Assembly: GCA_964234715.1 (NCBI GenBank) | Contig: OZ174278.1 | Source of the DNA: Podarcis melisellensis | Taxonomy: Eukaryota | Direction: 5' to 3' (one strand) | Length of the DNA stretch: 64,000 nt | In this document: positions 50,355-64,000 of the stretch, piece by piece | Layout of the letters: each line of letters starts with the position of its first letter | How positions within the stretch are numbered: the stretch's first letter is position 1 | The notes under the pieces: generated by a model | The model's database searches: none | Seen by the model: only the letters and a program-made list of their open reading frames with translations | Told to the model about the DNA's origin: nothing | Position numbers and translations under genes: made by a program

Positions 50355-52822
50355 TTGCTGCCAATAATTATTTGACAGTGACAATAATTATTTCTCTCCA
50401 TTCTATGAAGCATATGCTGCACAATCCATTCCTGTCGATAATGGCCTCTGTTTCACTGAACTGATTATTCCAGTGTTACCTCTGACAACTATGATTCAAG
50501 TCACATATGATCAGGATCCCATTCTGCAGGCCATCAGGAACATTAGCCAATATTAAAAGCAGGCACGCAACCCATGAGAGTTTTCTGTAACAGCCCAGCC
50601 AACCAATAAAACAGATTATTACATCATCTTCACCACAGCATTTCTTGTAATGCACTTTCCTCAGGGCATATCTAGCCAGACACAGAAATACATTTTGCAA
50701 GGACATTTATTTCTACTGTACATCTGCATAATGCAGCAGGGTTAATGCTGTGGGAACCAGAGATAACTTCACAGTTCATATGCCATAACATTTTTAACCT
50801 TGGTGATGTAATAATCCCAAGTACTTTGCATGTGATTAAATAGAAATCTAATGATACAAACTGCTAAAAGGGGGACATTTTAACTTTGAAAAAAGTAGAA
50901 GGAGTACAAATAAGGTAGGAGATACAGGGTTTTGGAGGATTTGCTGAGTACCACACATCAATAATTTTATTCTCCAGTTTGAGCCACACAAGCATCTCAA
51001 ACAACTATAGCATTAAACTATAGCATTAAAACAACTATAGGGAAGCTGACAGGAAAGTCCAGATTTTACCTATCAGCCATCCTTTAGCTGACACTGTCCT
51101 CATAAAACCCGTTCAGTCAAGTGTGTTCTCATTAGTAAAGAATCGAGCTGCTTGCCGACAGCTTCCACCAAATCAAAATTTAGTGCAGAGATGTTCAATG
51201 TTGAGGCTAAGGAGAAAGATTCACACACACAAATACACACACACCCTACCACCACCAGATAATCAGGCACAATCCAAATATTCTGGGGTTGACAATAGTT
51301 TTTTTTAAAAAAAACAATCAAGTTATTACAGAAAAACATAGTGTTCCGTGGTTCTCACAGAAGATGCTCACATTTCTAACAAACAGGAAGTTGCATTTTT
51401 CGTTGGGCTGTAGATTGTAGTTGCTCATCCCCAAAACAGCAACATTCCAAAATGGAGACATCAAAGGAATTATTTCTAACAAGGCCTGCATATTTATACA
51501 AGGATTAGCAGCTTCTGTTCAACTCTACCATCCTTGCAAAGGTCAGTAAGGCTCTCTTCTATGTCAACTAAAGCACTGAATCTTGAAGCACTTGGTGAGG
51601 AGGGGGAAGCAAAAGGTTATTCTGCCTTCAAAAGGAACAGAGGAGGAAAAGAACGCTGCTTATAAGAATTTTCTGAAGGGTTTTAAGAAAATTGAATCTG
51701 GCATAAGAAAAGGAATTAGCTGCTGTCTATAAATGATTCAAACCTTCAGGGTTCTGTCTGATTTAACTCAGATTTATCCACAGTACTAACAAAACAACTT
51801 CAGGTATATTACACAGCCAATATACTATGTTGCAGAGTCTGACTAAGTCAAAGACAACATCCCCACCCCACTTCCTTTTCCCTCCTGTCACCTATGCCAC
51901 CCCGGAACAAAATGTGAACCATTATTGCAAAATTTGTTGAACCTGAATACCAATGCCCCAATACGTAAAGCACACACATTAATTATAAAAGCTACTTCTT
52001 CAGAATAAGGGTTCAGTTAAAGTGATAGTGGTACATACACTGGCACAAACACAATTTTATAAATAAGCATCCAGTATGTTTTAAAAGCATATTATACTAT
52101 AACATGAAAAATAAAATACGAAGTGATTCCCCCCCCCCCGCTATGACCCACTTAATAAGCCTGAGGGCCACACATATTGCCTTCCCTTGAATTAGTGATT
52201 TTTATCCTTCCCAACTCTGGATATTTTAAAGCAGCAGCACATTCTAAGGTTTGTATAAAAATCTCCATACAGGTTATGAGGTGTTCATTTTTCTGTTGCT
52301 GAGTGAGCTCTGTTCCCCTAAAAAGCACACCTTCAAAAGCACACATATACTGCCTTCAAATTAAAAACTATCCTATCTACCTCCCCCGTCACCGAGCCAA
52401 ATGGACTATCCACTTTTGTGGTTTCCCCCCAAATGCATTGTAGGTTCATCTGCTCAAGCGTTCGTTCAGCAGGGCTTTGGGGGTTTTTTAAAGCCCCCTT
52501 TTAACCTTTTTTTAAACCCAGGGCCTGTAAAGGGGAGAGATGTTTTCTGCCGCTTGTGTGACATGGGAGGCAAATTCTGTATGGAGGGGGGGGGCGAGGT
52601 TGACTATAATAATACAAGGTGATGGAGGAGCTCCTCAAGTTCACCCTCCTTTTATGAAAAGCAGAGGCAGGGCAGAAATGCAATCAACAGCTGCATTCTA
52701 CCCTCAAGAATGTCTGATTAGGAACAATGCTATATCAAAGGGGCATTGTTGGGGGGAAATGATGGTTGCCCCCATGGGCTAACTACCTCCCAATAATACC
52801 AGTATTCAGCAGTGGCATTCAG

Positions 52823-52844
52823 ACACACACACACACACACACAC
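52823..52844. repeat. (CA)n microsatellite
   Basis: Direct reading. Confidence 0.9.
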
Positions 52845-53334
52845 TTTCTGAAAGAGTCTAGGCCAAATACTCAGCCCAACTCTTATTAAAAACTGCTTTG
52901 AGGCATCTCCATGACTGATGCCAAGGGTTGGCTAATCAGTGCTTTGCAAATCCTGCTCCTGCTGAAAACAAGAACAGTCTGCAATGTGGGGGTTGGGAGG
53001 AAGATGCATCAAGTATCGTTCCAAAGCAGGCTCACTGCTAACGGTATATACATCTGTATACACCTTAAAATGCATGCACTCACCTGGCCACCCACTGCTT
53101 CCAAGATACAACGATGGCTACTAACCAAGAATCTGAACACAATGCATTTTGTATTTAAATAACAACCCTCCATTTCATTTTGTTATAGCATGTTTTCGTA
53201 ATAGCCTCCTCTGTACCAATTATCTAGAGTACATTGCCTTCTTGTGCTCATAATTTTTTAGCCATCCTATCTATCCTTTAGGTCATTTGCAAATATGATA
53301 AAAGCCAATCTCTTATGCTCTTCCATCATGGTGA

Positions 53335-53545
53335 AAATTAATTCGGAAAAAACTTTCTGACAGTAAGAGCTGTTCAGCAGTGGAACAGACTTCCACGAGA
53401 GGTGGTAGACTCTCCTTCCTTGGAGGTTTTTAAACAGAGGTTGGATGGCCATCTGTCGTGGGTGCTTTAGCTGAGACTCCTACATTGAAGTTTGGACTAG
53501 ATAACCCTTGGATCCTTTCCAACTCTGAGATTCTATGATTCTATA
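53335..53545 (+). mobile_element. CR1 LINE 3' end
   Basis: Reverse complement of the 21288-21500 sequence; ends in the CR1 octamer tail gattctatgattctat. Confidence 0.85.
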
Positions 53546-55247
53546 TGAAAGGCACTAAGGCTACAACTGGCTTCTTTGGGGTCAAATGAAAAATACCTTC
53601 AGTAGGATCCTATATATGTTTATTCAAGTGCAAGTTTCATTTGACCCTACTCCCACATAGGATAGCAGTCTTAAATTACTTTTCTCAGTAATTTTCAACT
53701 TCACCCCACTAACCGTTTCCAGCAATTCATTTAGATACTCCCCAAAATTTGTTTTCCATATCCTTCTGATATGTCACAATGCACAGTTTTCTCTATACTT
53801 CTGTGCATGGTACCATATTCATAGATGATTATTTAGACTACTTGTTTTGTTATCTGTCACAATGCATTTCTTAACAACACCAGAGCAGATGGCTCCTTCT
53901 TCAGTAAGTTGTGATCAAAAATTGCACTGCCACGAATATCCGAAAACACACAATTTAGATGTGCACTTGTACGCATAGTGCTAACATGTGCACATGGAGG
54001 AAACAGTGTCAAAAGCACATGCAAAGTGATGTGATAAACTCAAATGTAATTCATCAGCTCTTCTGTGCCATTGCCATCCTGTTTCTAAACTTGTTAAGAA
54101 CTGACCTCGACAATTATTTCCCACCAACCTTCCCCACAAACGAAAGAAGAAGAAAAAGCTTATGAACACTACTATTTAGAGTTATAAAACTGCTGAATAT
54201 AGTGGGGTTATCCCTACGGTACCATTTAGGAAGAGAATCTATCCAATAACAACCTTTACTATATACTGTGCTTGCAGTCGGACAAAAGCATGTAGAATGG
54301 TTGGAAGTCAGAACAGAATTTCAGAGAGTCAAAATTCTACTAGCCATTTGAAATACAATTGCATAAACCTGCTTTAAGGAAGTATGCCTTGCCCTAACCC
54401 CATAGATTCCTTCCACTTTGACCTTTAGATTTTTAATCCCTTCTTTTTTGGCAGACCATTACAGCATGTGGCACAGTGTCTATCCTTAAAAAGGGTCATA
54501 CTCTTTCCTTGCAATGGTGTTCAGATTGCCTTGTCCAGCACAGAAATCTGCCATCTTACTAGGCGCTGTGCAGCAAAAGCAGTACAAGCTCCGTTAGAAG
54601 AGCCCAAACGGGAATCTTTATGGCTAAGCTATAATCAGCCTAGAAGTGGTTAAATGCCATGCTCCAAATGTCACTTGCATACAATACAGTTTTGCTGCAG
54701 TCTTCAAGCAGGAGTTTATGTCCCAGCAGATCTAAAGAATTACTATCCCATGGTATTTGGGAAAGGTGAACAAGAGAAGCCATCTGAGATATGCATGCAT
54801 TGCTCGTCCCTTGTCGACTGACTTTTCTTTTAATGGATAATGCAAAGTGCTTATCAAAGGAATTAGCCTGGGTATAATTGCTTAAAACCTATTATCTCCA
54901 TCAGGCTGAAATAAAGCATATTGCATCTTAAGCAAAGCCTCAGAAATGTGATCAGATGCTAATAGTGCTAGATTCTGCTAATCCAAGTACAACTTCAATT
55001 AAGAAAAAACAGATTCCCCACTCTACCCATCCCTAATCATGTTCCACCACCAGGATAAGTTTTGGCTATTCAAACATGTTCAAAGCCCTTGTGAAGAGTG
55101 TGCTTTTCTCAGCATCCATCCTTGCAATATGGAGATAATTACCAGGGGACTTTACAAGACTGTTGCATGGCTTGCCTACATAATGGGTGATGTTTGCTTG
55201 TGGCATCCCACTGGCACAAATGCGACTTTCCCCTCATATCCGCCTAG

Positions 55248-55602
55248 TAAAGGTAAAGGGACCCTTGACCATTAGGTCCAGTCATGGACGACTCTGGGGT
55301 TGCGGCGCTCATCTCACTTTACTGGCCGAGGGAGCCAGCGTACAGCTTCAGGGTCATGTGGCCAGCATGACTAAGCCGCTTTTGGCAAACCAGAGCAGCA
55401 CACGGAAACACCGTTTACCTTCCTGCTGGAGTGGTACCTATTTATCTACTTGCACTTTGACGTGCTTTCGAACTGCTAGGTTGGCAGGAGCAGGAACCGA
55501 GCAACAGGAGCTCACCCCGTAGTGGGGATTCGAACCGCCAACGTTCTGATCGGCAAGCCCTAGGCTCTGTGGTTTAGACCACAGCACCACCCCCCATGCC
55601 CC
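55248..55602 (-). mobile_element. Sauria SINE
   Basis: Alignable over its length with 62391-62757; B box GGTTCGAATCC; ACCTTT tail. Confidence 0.92.
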
Positions 55603-55701
55603 TCTACATACCCCTAAAATATACTATGGTGAGTTGATGGGACTGCAGATGCTATATCACTGGTTAATATGCATGCACATTTACCAGAATATCTAGAATT
55701 A

Positions 55702-56342
55702 GTGTGCTCTTCCAATAACCTGAAACTATGTTTAGCTCCTTCTTTGGTTTCCAAAACTGATCATGCAAAACTAGTAAGAAAAAGAAGAGCTCTTCTCTAA
55801 TCATGCCACGTGTATGATTCTTCCTTGCCAAGGGTAACAAGCTTGCTCTCAACAGCTAGAGATAAATGTGCTTTAAAAGTGCCACTTGGTGATGAAGGAC
55901 CTGAAACAGACTCCCTGTGACCTAATAGCAAATTGGCTCATTGCAGGGCTAGCAAAAAGTTACTTGGGTGGGGGGGAATCCACTGTGTAGAATCAGTAGT
56001 TGTTTGCCTCCCTAGTTCCCTTCCAGAAACGTGTGCTTTCCCAATAACTATTGTTAACTATGTTTAGCTCCTTCTTTGGTTTGCAAAACTGAACATGCAA
56101 AATAGTAAGAGATGAGCCCTTCTCTAATCATGCCACGTGTATGATTCTTCCTTGCCAAGGACAGCAAGCTTGCTCTCAACGTCTAGAGATAAATGTGCTT
56201 TAAAAGTGCCACTTGGTGCTGAAGGACCTGAAACAGACTCCCCGAATTGGCTCATTGCAAGGCACTTCATAAAAAGCCAGCAAAAAGTTACTCTGGGGAA
56301 AACAATCCACTGAGTAGAAGAAGAAGCAGTTTGCCCCCCTAG
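55702..56342. repeat. Older tandem duplication, about 329-bp period, 2 copies
   Basis: 55702-56030 aligns with 56031-56342, with scattered substitutions and several indels. Confidence 0.9.
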
Positions 56343-57947
56343 CTTGCTTAGATGTCATGGAAAGAGAGTGTTCAATAAGAGCTGTCATAAAAGCAAAAGA
56401 AATACCATGAAGTCAGAATTCAGTGCTTCTTCCAACTACTGTGCCCAGGTGACCAGCACAAAGTATACGCCTTATGAAGTTTATGCCTTGTGTTCTTCAA
56501 TCACATCCGTAAGCCAGCAACAGGTCTCTTCACCCAACCATCTCTTCCATCTTTTTGCTTGCTGGATATTTGCTGCTAATTCTGCAAGCATTTATTCTGC
56601 ATTTGATATATCTCCTTGTTAAAGGTAGCAATATTCTAGTTCAGGGGCAGTCATCACAGGACTCTCTTAACGTTACTGGATTCCAGCTCCCACCAGCCCC
56701 AGCCTGCATGGTCAATGGTCAGGGATGATGTCAGTCAAAGCTGTCCATGGGTTTTCTAATCTCCAAGGCTGATTTATGGCAAGAACCTTCCTTCACTCGC
56801 TTATGCAGAGTCTTGAACTTGTGCTTGCACAAATTTAAAGACCTTGTTTCAGGGTCTAAGGGCCTATATTTTAAGCTCTGAAGCTACATCTATTGATAGC
56901 ATTATTCATTTTTAAAATTTATGTCCTATAAATTTTTCGTCAACGGGAACTCAAGGCAGATAACAAATAAACCTTAAAACATGGTCACATCAACGATAAT
57001 TAACTCCAACTTTTGGAGTGGGAGGGGCAGAATCAGCACTCAATCAGGCCTGAATGCATTCCAGAACAAAAACTGGATAAATATGTTTAAGAAAGATGGA
57101 ATGCACATAAGCACAGAGTTCGGGTGGTAGTGATCTTCCCAGTAAGATACTGATCTTGTGGAACTTCCCAATATTACAAAACTAATCAGGTTTAGCTTTG
57201 CATTATGCTCAAGTTGTGAAAGCACCAGAAAGGATTTTTAATTCTTATGAATAAAGAATTTAAAAGGTCATCCTTGCCACAAGACCTATCAAATATTTAA
57301 GCTAGAATTTATAAGCTACTCACAACAGGCTATAGTCAGAATTTCTGGGATAGTTATCTAGACATAATGTCACATGCAGACTACAACAAATCTGTTTGCA
57401 GTGATGAGTGGGATGACATCGTCTGACAAGGTACCAGCTTCCCTTCATCAGGACAAGCAATTATTAGTATCTCCTTTCTATCTCTTTCTCATTGCCCTAA
57501 TCTTGCTGTCTCTGAAACCTCACACAAGCCCAAACTGCAGTCATTTGTATTCAAGATTTTGAATAACCTGGCACACTCAGGCACCTTATGCTGCAATTTG
57601 CTTGGCTCTCTAGTGCTTACCTCATTCCATATAAGGCAATATCCCTACCTCTCTCAGTCTCTGTGATAGAAACAATTCAAGCTTATGGGCGCAAGGCTAA
57701 ATGGGTTTGGGTTGCCTGTGCAATTTGTAGCAATGGACCATCTTGCTATCCCCCCCCCCCTCTAAACTGGCACTTCAAGCCACAAAGCCATTTTATTAAC
57801 CATCCACCATTTGGGGTAAATATTTATCCTATATATGTTTGTATTGGCATTTGTTAATTCCCACCAAGCCAACAAAACGTTAGTATTTTAAAAGTAATTG
57901 TGTCCTTTTCTATTACTGTATGTGGTACATAATCACCTCCAAGTAAC

Positions 57948-58172
57948 ATCCAGGCAGAGGGCCTTCTCTCTAGTTGCACCACTCTGTGGAACACCCTCCC
58001 ATCAGACGTCAAGGAAATAAACAACTATCTGACTTTTAGAAGACATCTGAAGGCAACCCTGTATAGGGAAGTTTTTAATGTTTGATGTTTTATCGTGTTT
58101 TTAATATTCTGCTGGGAGCTGCCCAGAGTGGCTGGGAAACCCAGCCAGATGGGCAGGGTATAAATACATTAT
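57948..58172 (+). mobile_element. L2 LINE 3'-end fragment, same family as 32344-33538
   Basis: Directly alignable to about 33295-33505 (gcagagggccttctc...ccctcccatcaga...agacatct...gggaagtttttaat...gccagatgggcagggtataaata). Confidence 0.85.
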
Positions 58173-61100
58173 TATCCCCCAAAGTAATACAGTGCTTCCG
58201 TGAACACGCACGTAAAAGATGGGTTCAGGCATACATGTGTAAACATGCAAGGAGATCCATTCATTATATTCACCCATGAATAAGCCCCATTCAACTCAGC
58301 AAGGCCTACCTCTGAGCAGACATTTGTAAGATTGTGTTACAATCCATTTAAATAAAGCAGTCTATTCAAATAAGTCTTCGACAAAATGGAATAGAGGGAT
58401 GGGATCAAATTAAACTTCTTTTACTTAGGAGACTCTACTAAGCAAACTATAGTAACACATGCCAACCCTAAATTACAGTTCTCAGAAAATCGCTACTCTT
58501 CCATTTATGCTAATAAATGTCCCCAAAACTAATAAATAAGACCATTATCACAATACAAGCAAAGCAATATTTCAAACACTTTGTGAACAGGGACTACTTT
58601 CTTCTGACTCAGTCCTCAAGTGCCTGATCTCTGAAACTTTACGCAAGTTTTATTTCACAGAGAACAGATGGCCTGCACTTCTCAACAGCCGGGTCCATTT
58701 ACAGCTCATCTCTCAAGTTGAGCCCACCATGCTACTTTCCACTAAGAAAATCTTAGTGCATTTACATGTCTAGGTGGAACAACAGAACTCAAATCAAGAG
58801 ATTAGCACTAAACTGCAGGCTTAATTCATTTTCCCATCTCTTCCAGGAGGTGCTACAGTGCTCGTTAAACTGCATCAAAAGTGAACAAAATGAACAAAGA
58901 ATAAAGCAGAAGAGCAAAACAAGAACATTAAAATGCTAATAGAAATCAGCAGATTTATTTACACAGGGGGTGCATAATTCCTCCCCCCCCCCTCCATTTG
59001 GCAGTTATACAGTATGAACACACCTAGTCATCTTGAGCTAAACAGCAGTGCTTCTAAGCTAAGAGCAAGAAAGCAGCTATAGGCCTGACCCTGCAAACAA
59101 AAGCCTCTGTACTACACCCCATATAGCCTGTGCTTCCATATAGAGTTGCCAGGTGTGTATCATTCTCATTATGCAGCTGCAGGGAGATCTGCTGTGTTGT
59201 CGTAAGGAAGGGCCATCCTTTGTTGGAATAAGCTGCAACATTTTGAATGCAAACTTCATCCGTGTGAGAAATAAAGACACTGAATTTATACAGGATCATG
59301 CCAACAGAAGCTACCTTAGTACCAATGATTAATTACCAACCCCCACTCCAACAGTAACACAATTTCCAATCAAAAATGCAAAATCACTGTTTTCCAAATG
59401 ATTTGGGGAAACATGTTATGAGCAAATATGCACAGCAAAGCCCTGGTACTTGCTTTTCTTTCTGTGCTTTTCTTAAAGAAAAGTAAATTGGGGAAGGGGT
59501 GAATTGAGCATCCTGTTTTCTCTGGGACCAATGGGCTAAAGTAAACATTAAGGGCAAACATTATAAAAAAGAAAGGCAACCTTGAAGATTGGGATTTTGA
59601 GTGGCAATGGAGATCCTTAACCCTTTCCCTTTATCTGCTCCAAGTCCACCCCCATAATGCCACACATAATTTTAACCCCACGTTTCAAAGGTGATTTTGA
59701 ATTCCATGGAGTTAAAGCTGTATGGAAGAGATCGATTTGGAGCAGACCAACAATGGATAGGGTGTTCACCACCTCTTCTCTATTCAAGATCCCCACACTC
59801 AACACTGCTTACACTTCAACTGAAGGAAGAAAATATGACACAGACCAGGAGTCATCTAAGTGTCCCTAATCACTCGAACCCAATTACATTAGAAAATGTG
59901 TGTTGTGGGAAGCCAGCACACAATTTAAAATTAGCATCACACCTTTGCTGCTTCTGTCAGTTGCGATTCCCTGGAACCCACTCCCCCTTTTAAAACTCAG
60001 AACGAACTGATAAAAGCCACTTGTTTCACAGTTCTGCCAAGACTATCTAGGGAAGCGCTCCAGTTAATAATGGCAGACAGAGTTCAAACTGCAAGTCAAA
60101 CTACAAGTCAAATCATAGTCAGGAAATGCAATTGTTTATCATGAGCTCCAACTGAAAGCCATGACAGACTTCTTTCTTTCTGAAGCTTAAAAACCGAGAG
60201 TCCTTTCTAAGAGTACTATATATAGACACAGAGGAGCTGTATGCCTGCAGTAAGCCACCCTTTATTTACTCAACCGTATATTTAATTCACATAACCGTTT
60301 TCTGAAGCAAAACTGCACCATCAGCCAAATGAAACAAAAGATCCCATATAACGCAACACCAGAGTTAGCGTTCTGTAATTCCCTCCGATCACCCGCATGG
60401 TTCTTTGGAGTCGTGGCCTAACCACAACCTCTGCAACCACCTGATGATGCATGGCAAATTGCTTTTAAAACTGAGAGGAGGTTCAAAAGCAGCTTGCAGT
60501 TAGAATTGAGGTCAGCTGTTTCAAGCCAAAAATCCCATTAAACTAGCCCAAGCTCCTTGCCAGAGCTGAAGTAGCTGTTTTGACTCAAGCCATAGTTGTT
60601 ACTGCTGGTATGCCGAGCAAAGTTAATCATGGCAATGCAGGATTTAGAGATGGGGAATCTGCCATTATGTGTCCTTCCCAGAAGCCCTTGGTGAAACCTG
60701 CACAGCACCTAAAGAGCCTCATTTGAATGTCTGCTACCTCCTCCCACACTCCGCTTTAAGACGTTTACAAGCCTCAGATAACTTGGACACCAGCCAATTT
60801 TTCTCTTCCCCTTGGTCCATTAACCATCTGGCCTTATGAAGATCTAGAGAACGCAAAAGCTTGTACCCCATTTTGTGATGTTGGTTAGCTGAATAAATGT
60901 ATTGGCAAAATACACAGAGAGAGGAAGATTGCCTTTCCAGGACCTGGGGTAGCAAGACGTTACACATACCCATCTGTGCATTTGGTTATTACCAAGAAGC
61001 AGAATTTCCTGCCTTTCCTGATATATTCCACTTCCTAAAAAGGAAAAAAAAATTAGCTGAGAGCTACCCATTTTCTTCCTTTCCCCTTCCTATTCCCTCC

Positions 61101-61308
61101 CACTCAAATAGTGTTATTTACTTAGTAAGCAACTGACGTTATCTGGGAAATAGTACTACATCTGCCACCTGGGCCTGAGATTAAAAGGTGTGTAGTAATC
61201 CTGCCCCTCTTAGCTCTTTGAATATTCTAATGGTGTTGGAGGAAATATGGGGGAGACAATGGATAAGGTAAAGAAGAGATCTTTGTAAACACCCCTTCTT
61301 CCATAATA

Positions 61309-61550
61309 CAGTGGTACCTTGGTTCTTGAGCTTAATCCCTTCCGGGTGTCCGTTCAACTCCTAAAACCATTCGAGAACCAAGGCACAGCTTCCAATTGGT
61401 TGCAAGAACTTCCTGCACTCAAGTGGAAGCCGTGTCGGAAGTTCAGCTTCTGAAAAATGTTCACAAACCGGAACACTTACTTCCAGGTCTGCGGCGTCCG
61501 GAAGCAGATTTGATCGGCAACTAAGCCGTTCGATAACCAAAGTACGACTG
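61309..61550. mobile_element. Tc1/mariner MITE with related TIR and a different internal sequence
   Basis: ta|cagtggtaccttggtt ... aaccaaagtacgactg|ta. Confidence 0.8.
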
Positions 61551-62390
61551 TACAAGGGGAGAAAAACACATCCATTTTGTTTCTTGGCTGAAATGCTTTA
61601 GAACCATGTACCAAAAGTGCAATGTCCTTGACACATGCACAACATCCCACTGATGCTCTCTCCCCATTTTGCCCTTAGAGTGCTATCAGAAGCCGCTCTG
61701 CCAGCTCACACCTCACTGAGCTTAATGGGCCTTATGCCAGCCAAATGCTTAAGCATCCACTGTGCATAATACTTTGCTGTATCCAAGTGAGATATGCCCA
61801 CACTTGCCCCGTCCCGTCCCTGCCATTACAGAAGTTTACAAAGCAAGCTATCATGAGCAAAACTGAAGTGAGAGCACACAACATTTGTCAACACTTGCTG
61901 CAATCTACCATTAAGTCAGATTACTGGAATACCAGCTTTCCTCTAACTGTTACATGGATACAAACCGTAATATTGCCTTTCAAGTTGCATTTGAGGGGGA
62001 AATGGTTTTAGGTACTATATACAGATTCAAGACTTGAAATGTGAATGCAATTCAGATTCTGAAACAGAGGAGGTAAATTCAAAATAAGACTCCAGAAACT
62101 CAGCACTATACCTGTTGACACTCTTCATAGTTTAAATGTTTAAAAAACAGTTCTTTTCTTCCTTCATTAGCTTTCCCTACCCCCTTTTTCATGTTTCCAT
62201 TTAGACTGTAAGCTTGCAGGTATAGTTTTGTGGTTAATTCTGTGTTTTGCACCATTTTGGGGTTCTTGTTTTCCTCTTCACCACATAGACCCCCTTCTGC
62301 TTTGCATTCTCCACCCAGAACATTAGTTACAGCAAGCAGGGCCACCTCTCTCACTCTCCCAGGACTCTAGCAAGAGCAGATATAAGAGTA

Positions 62391-62757
62391 AGGTAAAGGT
62401 AAAGGCACCCCTGACCATTAGGTCCAGTCGTGACCGACTATGGGGTTGCGGTGCTCATCTCGCTCTATAGGCCGAGGGAGCCAGCATTTGTCTGCAGACA
62501 GCTTCCGGGTCATGTGGCCAGCATGACTAAGCCGCTTCTGGCGAACCAGAGCAGCGCACAGAAACGTCGTTTACCTTCCCGCCAGAGCAGTACCTATTTA
62601 TCTACTTGCACTTTTTGGCGTGCTTTGGAACTGCTGGGTTGGCAGGAGCAGGGACTGAGCAACGGGAGCTCACCCCATCGCGGGGATTCAAACCACCGAC
62701 CTTCTGATCAGCAAGTCCTAGGCTCTGTGGCTTAACCCACAGCGCCACCCTCGTCCC
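62391..62757 (-). mobile_element. Sauria SINE, full length
   Basis: Minus strand: tRNA-like head GGGACGAGGGTGGCGCTGTGGG (A box), GGTTTGAATCC (B box), (ACCTTT)n tail; 14-bp TSD cagatataagagta at 62377-62390 and 62758-62771. Confidence 0.93.
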
Positions 62758-64000
62758 CAGATATAAGAGTAGGAATGATACAATCCAGAAAGGGGGCAGA
62801 TAAAAGAGAAGAGAAGAGATTGGCTTGACCACTACTGGCTTTTGCCACACCCATGTCTGGCATGCACACCCTGACAGATTGCAGCCCTTGACATTGACAA
62901 CAAAAGGTTTTGCACTTCTGTTATAGAGTACCAAGACCAATTTTAAATATGCAAGTTAGTGCCTCATATGATGGCAATTCAGACAGAATGTTCACTCCTT
63001 TGGGACCAGTTCATATGACAGTTTTGTTCTACGCAAGCAGTCTCAACCATCCGCAGCAAGTATTCATGTGAAGAGTGTTCATCTGGGTCCTTATGGATAC
63101 GCAGTTAACAGCAATTCCACCTACCGAGATAACAGGAATTGTTCCACCTGGATCTGTCAACTCTCACGCTACGTTTATGCTTACATAAAGGGTCAGAAGT
63201 TGGGACTGCTGACATATATAAAAAGGGCGTTTAATTGAGATGGTCCTTTGAAGCACGGCTCTCAAAGAACATACACTACTGGACTGCACTGCAGCAGCAA
63301 AAGTTTCTAAAGGTGGCCTAAGCAGAGAATAACAGAAGAGATGCAGGTGAAGGAGGATGGAAAGAATGTCACATAGCAATAAATCCTTCCTTGGCACAGA
63401 ATTGTCATTCCCAGTTATGAGCATGCTTCAGTATTAAGATCTAGTCAAATACTCAAGTTTGACAGGCGGGCAAATAATACTTCACTACCATTTCTCTACT
63501 ACTTCTTCCTTCACACTGTTCATCTCCCATTGTCTCAAAGAGAAAAGAAGTGAGGAGGCTAGCCTATTTCCCCAAACCTGACCATGCTACTTGCTCCCCC
63601 AAAATCCTTCAAGAAGTAAAAGGGGTTAAGGGGCATTTTAGACATTTGTATATCCATCAGTTACTCCTCCTCTTGAACCTGTCTCCTAAAGGAGGCTTAG
63701 AAGACAGAGGAAGCAGCAGAATCCTATTGCAGACACACATATTACCCTAGAACTGCTTGAGGAAAGATAGCGGGCATTGTTCCTCCTGGTCAGGAAGGCT
63801 AAGTCACTAATGCCAAAGACTCTGGTGGCATCTTCCCTGCTCCCCAAGCACCTTGCAAGGGCACTCCTCTACCCAGTAATAACAATCCCAGTTACACATT
63901 TAACTCCTTTGTTTTGGTTAGTGTGCTATCATAACCAGTATCTGGCAAATTGCCATCTGGTAGAGCAGGACCAAGATGGCAATAGGATGAGTTTCTCCTA

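Noticed and set aside
62680-62757. tRNA genes at SINE heads (also near 55540, 18410, 9380 and 4970)
   Set aside because: The A/B boxes are embedded in SINE bodies with tails and TSDs; there is no full cloverleaf.
1-64000. The many short ORFs (60-130 aa) in the six-frame track as independent genes
   Set aside because: No recognisable domains and typical of random intronic or repeat-derived ORFs. Only the PTGFRN exons and LINE remnants have coding support.
45950-64000. PTGFRN exon 1 / promoter CpG island
   Set aside because: No CpG island or convincing signal-peptide exon found. The hydrophobic start of ORF 45555-46082 is just the (TG)n repeat and pyrimidine tract.

Overview
Eukaryotic genomic DNA from a squamate, probably a lacertid lizard (inferred from the Sauria SINE type). 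The whole window appears to lie inside one minus-strand gene, PTGFRN (CD9P-1/EWI-F). Six coding exons are present (equivalent to human exons 2-7: five V-type Ig domains and the start of the sixth). All have GT-AG boundaries and phase-1 junctions. Exon 1 and the final exons (rest of Ig6, transmembrane segment, tail) were not found and presumably lie outside the window. The introns contain four Sauria SINEs, L2 and CR1 LINE fragments (including one young L2 RT fragment), Tc1/mariner- and hAT-type MITEs, two local tandem duplications and a perfect 56-bp inverted repeat. The most notable observation is at 26701-26885 (+). It folds by hand into a complete HDV-like (nested double pseudoknot) ribozyme, with an unusual hairpin inserted in L3 and a large structured J1/2. 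It sits at the apparent 5' end of a probable RTE retrotransposon 5' UTR fragment. This copy has T at the catalytic C position and is probably inactive, but it points to a ribozyme-bearing element family. All family assignments are by eye and from memory of consensus features; no database search was run.
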